From an uncultured archaeon (GTDB lineage: Archaea; Asgardarchaeota; Lokiarchaeia; Sigyniarchaeales; SOKP01): a stretch of 47,487 nucleotides of DNA. How positions within the stretch are numbered: the stretch's first letter is position 1; each line of letters opens with the position of its first letter. Shown piece after piece: positions 25,935 through 36,700 of the stretch. Location: NCBI GenBank assembly GCA_964508365.1, contig CAZDTP010000027.1, positions 1-47,487 on the forward strand, in the 5' to 3' direction. The notes beneath the pieces are model-generated. The model saw nothing but the letters and a program-made list of their open reading frames with translations, ran no database searches and was not told the DNA's origin. A program made the position numbers and the translations under genes.

Positions 25935-28901
25935 TTAAAATGTTTGCCGGAATATATCCATTACGCTTTGTCTGCTTAATTTTATAAGAATCAAATACAT
26001 ACCCAACGTACCCACGATAATTGAGATGGAAAAGACCCTAATAAGAACATCCGCAGGAATTGAAAAAACAATAGGCATTTCTGTAAATAGACCTAAATTT
26101 GTTTCCATTAAATACGCGCAATAGGTACCTATTATTGTTCCCATTGTCCCACTACTCAACATGATAATCAAACTTTCAACCAAGAACAAATTCCTAACAT
26201 CTTTGGTCTTCATACCCATGGATCTTAATATACCGATTTCAAATTTCCTTTCTAACATGATCGCATACATGGTACTAACTAATCCGAAGATAGCAATTAC
26301 GATCGCAAACCAAAGAATTACTTCCATTAAAACACTCTGTCTATCAAGCATATCTTGCATAAAAATGACTTTTGTAATTGCATCATCTAGAACATATTCT
26401 TTGTCTATAGCTAGTTTTTCTATTTCATCTTTTGTTTCATCGATAGTTTCTATGGAATCATCTGCTAATTTGATGAAGACTTTATCTATAATCATATTCG
26501 AACCACCAGGATTCTTAACATTCATTAAACGCATATAATTCTCAGTGGATACCATAATACCTCCTCCTTCTGCCGTAGCTTCAGAGCTTTTAAAGTTAGT
26601 AAAACCAGGCATTCCTCCTGAGATTCCTACAACGCGGAGAAGCGTTACATTTCCCGGATCGTTAGGAACTTGAGGGTTATAGAACGTTAATCGAATATAT
26701 TCACCAATTTCGTTTATTCCAAGGACGCTAGCTAAAGAATTCGCAATTATGCAAGTGTTATTATAATCATAAAGTTGACTAAATGAATAATTAAAACCAC
26801 TCTGTGGGCTACTCCAAATCATAAGATTTCCGTCCATTACTTTGTAATAATCTTTTTCAACGCCAATAAACCCAATTTCAATTTCATCAAAGTTTGCGAT
26901 ATCTCCTGCTATTACTTGAAATTTTGTAGAAGCTTGTGCAGAATAAAATTCAAAAATGTTTATGAACGATTCAGTGATAGCTTCTTCATCAAAACTAGCA
27001 GTACCTTCGCTGAAATCAAATAGTACTGATAAAATAGCGGTAAGATCAAACATGTTGAATAATGTTATTGCTGTATTGTCAACTCCATGAATCGATTTGA
27101 GTTCTTGAACTAAATCTAAAGTAATTGCATTGTTTTCAGAATCTAATCCTTGATTAATTAAAACCAAATCAGAGCCATACTGGAATTTTAAGTTTGTTGC
27201 CATATTTTTAGATTCCATTTCTGTAACGCTTGTTATGAAAAAAATAAACGAAAAACTAATAGCAAACATCACAATCGTGCTTGTATTTCGCCTTCTATTT
27301 CTTTTTAATGAAATTTTTATAATGTGAGCATATTTCTTAATTAATGGGGAAATAGCACCTATAAGTAGGCTTTGAATAATCGGGATAATACCTACTGATG
27401 CGAATACCAAACCAATTAATATAGCAACAATAAGTCCAATAAATAAGGCTGCTACAGTCATCAGTTCTCCTGTTACGAAAATGACTGGGAGGAGAAGAAA
27501 AACAATCATACCGATTGTCGCAAGAGAGATACCAATTAGAAAATTCCTAACGTTCATACTTCCCTCTTTTTTAATTTCCCAACCTTCTTCCTTTTGATGA
27601 AATGGTGTAATTGATTTTATGATATCAATTTTTGCGGTTCTTAGAGCGGGAAACATTGATACTACTAAAGAAACACCAAATCCCACCGAAAAAGCTATAA
27701 TAATTGTCTGTGGTTGAATTACATACTCCATATCTTGAATTAGAAAACCTGTCGCAATAAATAGTGTATTTACTATTGGTTCTGTTCCCACAAGTCCTAT
27801 GATAATCCCTATAATTGATCCAACAACTCCAACTATTACACCCTCAAAGACAACCATCTTCACGGGGAATGTCTTCTTTCCACCCACTACTCTTAGTATA
27901 CCATATTCCCTTACCCTTTCTTCTGATGATGTAGAGAGAATTGAATTGATTAAAATACCCGTAATAAGCATGGATATTATTGTAATAAACCAAAAAATGA
28001 TTGTCATGCTTATAAGCATAAATTGTTGACTAATTATTTGTTGTAATTTCGGCATTGATACGGAATAAATATTTGGATCTAATCTCTGTTGAATAAGCGT
28101 ACCAATTTCCCGTATTTTTCTTGTTGTGAAATCTACATCGCTTACAACATAAATAGATTGTGGATTTTCAATAGTACCCATAATTAAATTAATCTGTCCT
28201 ACCCTATCTAAAAATAATTGGGCTTGTTGTAAATTTATAATTACTAAAGCGTTTTCTAAATCAGTAAATCTAGAATCTTGCTTACAGATTGCGACAACTT
28301 CAACATCTAAAGTATCATATTGGTATTCTAAATGCACCACATCCCCCAAACTAACGTTTAGTAATTCTGCTACTGTCCATAAGATAACGCATTCTCCAAT
28401 TCCTGGCTCGCTATTATAAATTTCACCCGTTTCTTTGCCATCGTTATTAACTAAATTTAAATTTCCCATATGTCCATTAGTAGCTTCTTTAATAAAGTCA
28501 ATTCCATATATTTGTAAAGTACTAGTTGAGTTTATATTATCGGATGAAGCTTTTGCAAGCATCAATATCCTAGGAAAAAACTCTTCTACTCCACTTATAT
28601 CTTGCAATTCGTTATCGATTATAGTTTCATCGAAGAATGGATCAAATGTTAAATCTGATTTTGTAGCTTCTGATATGATGATATCCGAGCTCCCTGTACT
28701 GCTTGTGATCAATCCCATATAATTATAAGACATAGAATCATTAACCATTCCAATTGCAGTTAAAAGAATTATTGAAACTGCAATGCCCCCTATAGCAAAA
28801 ATAGCTTTTGCACGATCTTTTTTGATATTTAACCATGTCTGCTTCACGAACTGAAGCTTTATATTCGTTTTAATCTTGTATAAAACATTTTGTAAACTCA
28901 A
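25935..28901 (-). CDS. FtsX/MacB-like ABC permease (two fused repeats), copy 2
   Basis: Two large extracellular domains, each followed by FtsX-type motifs (SEERVREYGILRVVG and LERKFEIGILRSMG). TTG start. Confidence 0.92.
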   Translation of the reverse strand: MSLQNVLYKIKTNIKLQFVKQTWLNIKKDRAKAIFAIGGIAVSIILLTAIGMVNDSMSYNYMGLITSSTGSSDIIISEATKSDLTFDPFFDETIIDNELQDISGVEEFFPRILMLAKASSDNINSTSTLQIYGIDFIKEATNGHMGNLNLVNNDGKETGEIYNSEPGIGECVILWTVAELLNVSLGDVVHLEYQYDTLDVEVVAICKQDSRFTDLENALVIINLQQAQLFLDRVGQINLIMGTIENPQSIYVVSDVDFTTRKIREIGTLIQQRLDPNIYSVSMPKLQQIISQQFMLISMTIIFWFITIISMLITGILINSILSTSSEERVREYGILRVVGGKKTFPVKMVVFEGVIVGVVGSIIGIIIGLVGTEPIVNTLFIATGFLIQDMEYVIQPQTIIIAFSVGFGVSLVVSMFPALRTAKIDIIKSITPFHQKEEGWEIKKEGSMNVRNFLIGISLATIGMIVFLLLPVIFVTGELMTVAALFIGLIVAILIGLVFASVGIIPIIQSLLIGAISPLIKKYAHIIKISLKRNRRRNTSTIVMFAISFSFIFFITSVTEMESKNMATNLKFQYGSDLVLINQGLDSENNAITLDLVQELKSIHGVDNTAITLFNMFDLTAILSVLFDFSEGTASFDEEAITESFINIFEFYSAQASTKFQVIAGDIANFDEIEIGFIGVEKDYYKVMDGNLMIWSSPQSGFNYSFSQLYDYNNTCIIANSLASVLGINEIGEYIRLTFYNPQVPNDPGNVTLLRVVGISGGMPGFTNFKSSEATAEGGGIMVSTENYMRLMNVKNPGGSNMIIDKVFIKLADDSIETIDETKDEIEKLAIDKEYVLDDAITKVIFMQDMLDRQSVLMEVILWFAIVIAIFGLVSTMYAIMLERKFEIGILRSMGMKTKDVRNLFLVESLIIMLSSGTMGTIIGTYCAYLMETNLGLFTEMPIVFSIPADVLIRVFSISIIVGTLGMYLILIKLSRQSVMDIFRQTF

Positions 28902-28931
28902 TTTTTCCGGCTTTAACTACTCTTATTTTTA

Positions 28932-31900
28932 TTAGAAATCCAATATACTAAATTTTCTATTTTTAATTTCGTATTTTCTTAGATATTTACCTTTTTGATT
29001 TAAAATAGTTCTAATCTCCTCTTTCTCGCGTCTTATCAATCTAACACCTTCGCATTTTTTATTCTTACAATAGTAATTCTCGCTCGGTTCGTCTTTAAAA
29101 TACCATTTTTTGCAATTTATACAATGATAAGCCGCGTAAATTTGATCATGGTTGCATACAGGGCATAAATAATTAAAATCATTTGATTCAAACCATGACT
29201 TGCAATACTTACAGTGAAGAATTAATGGTCTAACTCGTCCTTCTTGAGTCTCTATTAACTCTATCCTTTTAATGTTTTTATCTTTATTAATAATTTGTAA
29301 CCTACTTTTCTCAGCTTTTGTATTTCTATGATCTCGAACAAAAAGATACGATATTATCACTACGATCACACCAACTGCAAGTAAGATTAGTACTGGTCCC
29401 CAAGTGCGTAGATATATTAATCCATTTTCTACTGTAACAAAAATTGTATATTCGGCTCTATTCCCTTCTGTATCAAAAGCTACGATTTTTATTTGATGCC
29501 GCCCATTGCTATATAATGTTGTATCCCACTGAAATGTTAATAGTCCCACCTCAGAATTGAAATTTAACGAATTTGAGTCGATTATCTGGTTATTTATATA
29601 CAAATATATTCTTGAATTATCTAATTCAACATCATCGCTGATATTAGCGTTAATTATAGTAAGGGAATTAACGACCCCCTCGTTTAGTGGGCTAATTAGT
29701 TCAATTATTGGAGAGATAAAATCAGTGGACTGATCATAACCTATGTATATGTTGGATAACAACCATCCGTGTCCTAGTCCTATGGAAAGATCGTTCGAAG
29801 AAAGTGTAAACTTTATTAAAACAATCTCATTAGAATATTGCGATAGATCAATGGATTCGTTTCCGGAAAGATTATCATCATCAAAGAAGTAAGATTTGAG
29901 AATAGTCCAACTCTCACCAAAATCTTTTGATATCGAGACGGTACAGTTATCTAAATCGTCACGATCTAAGAAAAATTCATTTTGTAAAGAAATATCATAA
30001 AAGAACTTCAGGAAAACATCATACTCCTCTCCGATAAGTAAGGGGCGGGTGATAAGCTCAATGTCCCAATTAGTCTCGTAACCTTGATCAAGACTTCCGA
30101 AAGCTTGACCTAATCCCCCATAAATATAAAATTGTTTAAGCCGTGAGAAAATATGCCAAGTATTATCTCCCAACAACCATGGAGTCAATTCTTTTTGACT
30201 AGGAGTTCCTAGTACATAATAATCTGTCAAATCAATATTTGAAAATTGATGACCGATTAATTTATTACTCTGGTTTACGTCAAATTCATATATTGTAGGA
30301 TTTTGAAACTTAAAAAAGGAATTGTCTTGATTATAATAACTCGTTGAGTTCACAAATTCTCCATCGAAAACATGGAACCTAAAAGATCGGTTAGCGAGTT
30401 CACTTAGAATTAACGATTTAACAAATAAAATCCCTCGATCATCGATAGAATCGAAACTTGCGTTCCACATTCCAAGAGTATTTATCATAGAATAATTATA
30501 GTTATTAATTTCAAGATAAACAAATTTAGGATAATTTCTGTCAGAATCAAAATATCTACAATAGAACTTATAACTATCGTATTTAAATCCTTGAGTTATG
30601 GGTAAATCTTCATTAATATCAAAAATAATTTCTGGTGAATTAAGATTAGTGTAGTTCTCTAAAGAGAAATAATCTAACATTAATCCTTTATAATTAATAG
30701 GATCAAACGCGTCATCTAGCATAGCGAGGAATCTAAATTGTACGTAATTACCTATATATTGGGTTATGTTTATTTCTTCGAGGAACCAATCGCTCTCTTC
30801 ATCCGTATAAGTTTCTAATGTAACCCAACCTGTCCAATTTGGATTGATTTGAAGAAACATAAAATCACCGGCATTTATACTTATCCTTAAACCGAATTTA
30901 GCAATAACTTGTGTATAATTTTTGTTAATCTGGGTGATGTTAAATAAAGGGCTTCTAATTGAACCGTTAGGGAATGGATTTGTAACAATATTTGGTTGAT
31001 ATGTGTAATTTGAGGGATAACTATGCTCTCTACCAAAATATATCGCAGACCAATTTTCAGCGTATAGGGATGATCGATTATCGTTTTGATTGTTTTGTGT
31101 TAGAAGTCCCCAACCAGTTCCATTATAAACCCAATCATCAACACCATTATTAAAATCGTGACTGTAAGGAAATCCTTTACTATCACTAGGAGATTCAATT
31201 GTGATATTAAATGATCCCGAGAGAGGGTATTGTATTTTATGTATACCATCACTAGCATTAAAGTAATAATGATACGTACCAGGTGTTAAGAATTTTACTA
31301 AGTCGCTTCTAAAAGTTGCTCCATTAGTGTAATTATTATCAAACACATTTAACTTAGTTAAAGTATAGCTTCTTGAAGTTTCCTCAATATGTACGTATAC
31401 TTCCTGAGGAGCGATATTTAAAGTATCGTTATCGAAATATTCTATATAAAACCAATAGCTATCAATAGTATAGTTTTTAGAGGGAATATTTCCATAAAAC
31501 TCATAGAGACTTATCACTGTATTATTTTTTGATCCTCCAAAATATGTAATTTCAGGAACTTTTAACTCCGGTGCGAAATCATTTTTAACATTTGAAAATT
31601 TTAAAGTAAAGTTACTATTGCCTTCTATCGCTTTTACGATAACTATACAATTTGTTTGGTTATAGCTTGGGATAAAATAGAAGAAATCTGAATCACCATA
31701 CCACTTTTGAGCGGTTTCTAGTAAAATAGGTTCTCCAAATCGATTCGATTCGTTCGAGAATAAAAATATATCAAAATCTGCATTTCCATCAACATCCGTT
31801 AAATTAAATAAATATTGAATATCTTTTTGTAAAGAAACCTTTCTGGCAAAAGCATGATTTCCGAGCGGATTAATCTTAGAACTTGTTAAATAATTATTTG

Positions 31901-33713
31901 TAGATTGATTTATCTCCATAAATTTCGTTAAAGCATCAATAGCGACTTGAATGTTCATCCTCCCATACCCTTCATGCTCGTCTTTTAAATTATATGATAA
32001 GCCATTATATAAAGAAGGGGAATAATTACTTTCGTCAATGTCTGTTTGGGGATCGTTTTCTCTTTCAAGATTTGTTTCTGTAGCAGTCATTAATAATATG
32101 GCTTTAAGGTTTTTAACCAATTTTGATAGATTCTGATTATTCCACTCCGTCCATGTATCCCATTTTGCTTCAATTAATAGATTTATAGCTGCTGATACAA
32201 TTGCCGCAGATATAGAGGTACCATATGCTGCAGTAACTTTATCTGACTTACCATCTGCGCTTATTATTGAACGCCCTCCCGGTAGTGCACTTCCTCCAGG
32301 AGCAACTAAATCTGGCTTAAGAATATTATTGCCAACATCTCCTCCCATGGAACTATAAGAAGTTATCTGATCCTTATCGTTGATTGCCCCTACGACAATT
32401 GCATTTTTGTTTTTCCCTAACTTGTTTAACGGTTCGGATCCTTCAATCCCATTGTTTCCAGCAGCAATTACTACTAAAATGTGGTTTTCAATTACCTCAT
32501 CAATCACCGCATTTATAGCAGAAACATCTCCTCCTAAAACTCCGATGCTTAAACAAACGCTAACGATGTGATGAGTCGTCCTATTTAGTATTACGCTTGC
32601 CATTGCGGATATTAGATCTGACACATAGCCTTTTCCAGTTTGATTTACAATTTTATACGCTACAATTTTAGTTGCATTGGCTATTCCAGTAAAATGATTA
32701 TAATTTTCGATATAAGCTTCTGGAAAATAAGTTATAGATGAATTAAACGAAAATTCTGGCACAGAATTACTTTTTTTGTGATATTTAATAATTACATCAT
32801 AAATCCCACTTTTAGTAGGAGTAATATCGTGAATTATCGAATAATATTGGGTTGGCGTTTGAATACTAGTTGTGTTGACTAAGCTTGAATTATAGTATAA
32901 TTCAAACCAGAATTTATCAATTTCATCTAATTGAAAGTAACTAGTGGAATTTATTACAATATGCGTATTTGTTTTTGAAACATTAGCAGAAAAAATCTTG
33001 ACTGAATAATTTTTGGGGGGTAAATATTCGTCAAAAAAATCTAAATGAGAATAATTCCCGTGCAATTTTACAATCGATGGACTAGAAGAGTTAAAATTTT
33101 TTGTCCCCGTACCCGCAATAACTGAAGAAATGAATGTACCATGACCGTTATTATCAGAAATTATTTCTTGATCCACCAAATTTTGCCATCCAATAATTTT
33201 TCCCTGTAAAAAATTATGGTTAGGATTTACGCCACTATCCAAAACGGCAATAGAAGAATTTGTATTACCGTTATAGCCATTTACATACCAAGATGAATTA
33301 ACTGCTTGGGTTTGCACGCTTGCATAGTTCATTTGAACTTCAACAATTTCATCTGTGTCAATATTTATGTCTGGAAATTTACTTGAATATGCTGAAATAT
33401 TTTCCATAGGAATTAAGCCAGCAAATCCAGAAAAACTGCTAAATACACTATTCCAGTCTTCATTTTCTTTCAAAGTCCCCCCATAAGACTCAAACTCACT
33501 TTTAGCGCTAATATTGTACACGGAATTGTTAAAAAAAACTATGACTGCTTTCATACCATTATTTGAGGAATGTAGATCATTATAACCTTCTGTTTGATTT
33601 ATTGGATTTATATGGTAATTATTTAAATTTAAAAAATCCAAAAAAAGACTTGATCCTATGGAGAAACTAATAGCAATGAATAAAACAAGAGTTATTTCAA
33701 TTTTTCTATTCAG
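28932..33713 (-). CDS. Membrane-anchored multidomain S8 (subtilisin-like) serine protease; CTG start proposed
   Basis: Triad motifs AVLDSG, GHGTF and YGTSISAA, plus oxyanion AAGN. Beta-rich repeats, an Ig-like domain, a C-terminal TM helix and a Cys-rich tail follow. The frame is open to CTG 33713, which adds a signal-like MNRKIEITLVLFIAISFSIG. Confidence 0.88.
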   Translation of the reverse strand: MNRKIEITLVLFIAISFSIGSSLFLDFLNLNNYHINPINQTEGYNDLHSSNNGMKAVIVFFNNSVYNISAKSEFESYGGTLKENEDWNSVFSSFSGFAGLIPMENISAYSSKFPDINIDTDEIVEVQMNYASVQTQAVNSSWYVNGYNGNTNSSIAVLDSGVNPNHNFLQGKIIGWQNLVDQEIISDNNGHGTFISSVIAGTGTKNFNSSSPSIVKLHGNYSHLDFFDEYLPPKNYSVKIFSANVSKTNTHIVINSTSYFQLDEIDKFWFELYYNSSLVNTTSIQTPTQYYSIIHDITPTKSGIYDVIIKYHKKSNSVPEFSFNSSITYFPEAYIENYNHFTGIANATKIVAYKIVNQTGKGYVSDLISAMASVILNRTTHHIVSVCLSIGVLGGDVSAINAVIDEVIENHILVVIAAGNNGIEGSEPLNKLGKNKNAIVVGAINDKDQITSYSSMGGDVGNNILKPDLVAPGGSALPGGRSIISADGKSDKVTAAYGTSISAAIVSAAINLLIEAKWDTWTEWNNQNLSKLVKNLKAILLMTATETNLERENDPQTDIDESNYSPSLYNGLSYNLKDEHEGYGRMNIQVAIDALTKFMEINQSTNNYLTSSKINPLGNHAFARKVSLQKDIQYLFNLTDVDGNADFDIFLFSNESNRFGEPILLETAQKWYGDSDFFYFIPSYNQTNCIVIVKAIEGNSNFTLKFSNVKNDFAPELKVPEITYFGGSKNNTVISLYEFYGNIPSKNYTIDSYWFYIEYFDNDTLNIAPQEVYVHIEETSRSYTLTKLNVFDNNYTNGATFRSDLVKFLTPGTYHYYFNASDGIHKIQYPLSGSFNITIESPSDSKGFPYSHDFNNGVDDWVYNGTGWGLLTQNNQNDNRSSLYAENWSAIYFGREHSYPSNYTYQPNIVTNPFPNGSIRSPLFNITQINKNYTQVIAKFGLRISINAGDFMFLQINPNWTGWVTLETYTDEESDWFLEEINITQYIGNYVQFRFLAMLDDAFDPINYKGLMLDYFSLENYTNLNSPEIIFDINEDLPITQGFKYDSYKFYCRYFDSDRNYPKFVYLEINNYNYSMINTLGMWNASFDSIDDRGILFVKSLILSELANRSFRFHVFDGEFVNSTSYYNQDNSFFKFQNPTIYEFDVNQSNKLIGHQFSNIDLTDYYVLGTPSQKELTPWLLGDNTWHIFSRLKQFYIYGGLGQAFGSLDQGYETNWDIELITRPLLIGEEYDVFLKFFYDISLQNEFFLDRDDLDNCTVSISKDFGESWTILKSYFFDDDNLSGNESIDLSQYSNEIVLIKFTLSSNDLSIGLGHGWLLSNIYIGYDQSTDFISPIIELISPLNEGVVNSLTIINANISDDVELDNSRIYLYINNQIIDSNSLNFNSEVGLLTFQWDTTLYSNGRHQIKIVAFDTEGNRAEYTIFVTVENGLIYLRTWGPVLILLAVGVIVVIISYLFVRDHRNTKAEKSRLQIINKDKNIKRIELIETQEGRVRPLILHCKYCKSWFESNDFNYLCPVCNHDQIYAAYHCINCKKWYFKDEPSENYYCKNKKCEGVRLIRREKEEIRTILNQKGKYLRKYEIKNRKFSILDF

Positions 33714-36700
33714 CTATCTACTTCACCTTCATTTTCTTTTTCTATAGTTACATCTTCTTGTGTTATAGACATTGAATTAAATCTATCTCTTAATGTATTT
33801 TCGATTTTTAGAATTGCATCGCTTCGAGATATTTTAAATAACATCAGCTCGTTTCTTAGAAGTTCATACTTTTTAACTTTATACCTTCTAGTTTGATATA
33901 CAAAAATAATTAAAACTATCGCTGCCACTATAGATGGACCTAATACAAAAAACATTTGTATATTTTCGGGAATTACAACTTTAATATCAACCCAATTAGA
34001 TGTATCGATAGATTTTCTTAAGTAGTAGTGTTCAATACTAGCAGGTTTGAGCTTTACTATTACTTTTGTTATTGCTTGAATTTTATAGGAAAATGTTATT
34101 TGTTCTCCAGGTGATAAATTTGAAATTGTATTTATAAGACTCCCACTTACTAATTCAAAGTTAATATTAGTGAAACTGGAAGCATCATTAATAGTTATAT
34201 TTTTTGCGCAAATATTCCCAATATTCCTTACTGTAATCGATACATCAATAACATCACCAATTTCTATTTGATTTTCATCGACTGATTTTACAATAGAAAA
34301 GTTAACAATTCCTAATATAATTGGGTTAGATAGCGCAATTTGAATCAAAGAATTATCCGAATTTTCGAAATAATTAACGGAAGGATAGTAATACCCTTTC
34401 CAATCCCTTTTTATTAAAGTGAAATTAACTGATCTAATTTCGTTATAACCTATATTTGCTAGAGTTAAAGTCTCATTGTCAATCCTCGCTAAATCACCAT
34501 ACTGATCATTCATTGAAATAGATAAGTTCTGAATATTTATCCCTTCAGGGCTTGTATTTCTAATGTATATCGATAAATTTAATTCTTCTCCTATAGCCGG
34601 TGCCAAATTCGATGTGTTATAATATATTTCTATAGTTTTGATGTAGGGAACCCGAGATAGGTAATCTACTGGAGCAGAGAAACATACTTCGTTAGGAAAT
34701 GTCTCTAAAGAAGTCGAATTCAAATTTTGAATGTGCTCCGAGTTATTATAATTAATGATTGTATTACTAAGGATTGCAGAATTTGGGACATAAAAAGAAA
34801 AAGCTACTCTTTCTTCTGCACCTGGAGCCAGTTCAGAGATAGTATATTTCAGATAATTTTCCTCAATAGTAAAATTAATAGGATTAAAAATTATACCAGG
34901 TATAGGTATAGATATGTTAATATTTTTCGCAAAATTAGAGCCAATATTTCTATATATTAGCGAATAGTTATTGATATTTCCTACATTTGAGCTATAACTA
35001 GCTAAATATGCATATGCTACAAGTGAAGACATCTCATAAGTACTCAATGATATTGTATTCGACTTTCTTACATATTCAACTACTCCACTTGATGATGTAT
35101 AAATAACTCTCGATCCTAGCACCGTATATTCGTTTATATCTCTATAATATAATTCGATATCTAAGTCGTTTATTGAAATGTTGAAGAGATTGCCGCTAGC
35201 TCCTTTAATTTTTAATAAAATCGTATGATTATATCTGGCTGAAGGATCAAATAACCAATTAAATGTTCTCTGATTTTTTACAAATGTATAGGTCGATGTA
35301 TTGTTAATAGATGAGGTCAAATATTGAGAAATATCTTGAAATTCCTCTGTAGTGTAATTAAAGACTTCAAAACTTAAGACATTACTAGGATCACTAAAAT
35401 TAACTAATATTGAAACTCGATCGAGTGTGTTATTAACTAAGTCTATTTCTGTCTCATTTTGAAATAGGAACTGAATTTCAATTTCATGTTGATCAATATA
35501 CTTTTCTTCCGATTCTACTATCCAGCTCTCGTTATCTGTATTTAATGCCATTTGAGGAGTTGTATCTGCGATTGAAACACCTGATATTATTGATGGGAGC
35601 GGAGGAAATGTTTCTTTAATACTGAAATTGTATTTATAAAAAGAGGAAAATGTGTCAAACTCTTCAACAGAAAAATTATTTTGGGTATAAGAAATTATTT
35701 CTTGTGGTTCTAGTTTCCAGTTATCGTCATTCCAAATACTATTTTTGTTAGTAAAAGTATCTTTTAGAGAATTAGAAGTTAGCCCTATTGAGGCTAAAGC
35801 AGCAATTAGTTGAGGATTACCATTTGGTCCAGATATTATATCAATCACATTGTTCATGTTTTCGTTGTAAGGGAGCAGATTAGTTAAATTATTGAGATTA
35901 GGATAATAAGAATCGACTAATCCCGTTCCAGATGTATCAAAATAAAATAATCGAGGGTTTTTATCAAAATTAAAAAAATCATCTAAAGAAGTGTATTGTC
36001 CGGAATATTCAACTCTTACAACTTCCCATATCGCCTCTTTAAGGTCTTCATCTAGTCCTAGAAGAACACCGAGCGGGCCAATAATTAGTGTAAAAACATC
36101 GTCTAATTCTATTGGGATCGGCGTAGGAACGCCCCAAGCGGTTTCATTTCCGACATTTTTAGCTGTAATGTTAAAAGAAAAATCGTTATAAACACCGTGC
36201 GATGCGTTGTTTCCAATTAACTCTTTAACAATAAGTATATTTGGTTCTGAATTCGATATTTTGTACGTTATTTCAAAGTCTTCAATAGGGTTAAATAATC
36301 CCGTAGGAATCCCCGGTAATCCTTGGAATCCAAGTAGGTGCAGAAAATTCATAAAATTTGTTGGATCGTTCAAATTCACAGGTTTGATATAGCTGCGTTT
36401 AAACCCATTCTCGTCTACCCAAAATAATTCAAATGAGTATTCCTTTAGCGTTTGAACATCAAAATCAACTCCTGCATAAAACAATAGCAAACTTATTTGT
36501 TCTAATAAAAATTCATAAAGTGTGAAATATTGAGGAGTTACATCTAATATATCAGTACAAAAGATTTTGATATCAATTTCGCTCATTAAGGCTCCGATTA
36601 ACGCGATAAATACCTTTTCGCTCGGTTGAAGCGAGTCTCCTTGATATCCTATGGCGTTCCATAAGTTAAATGTAAATTCATCTTCACCTATTTTTTTTAT

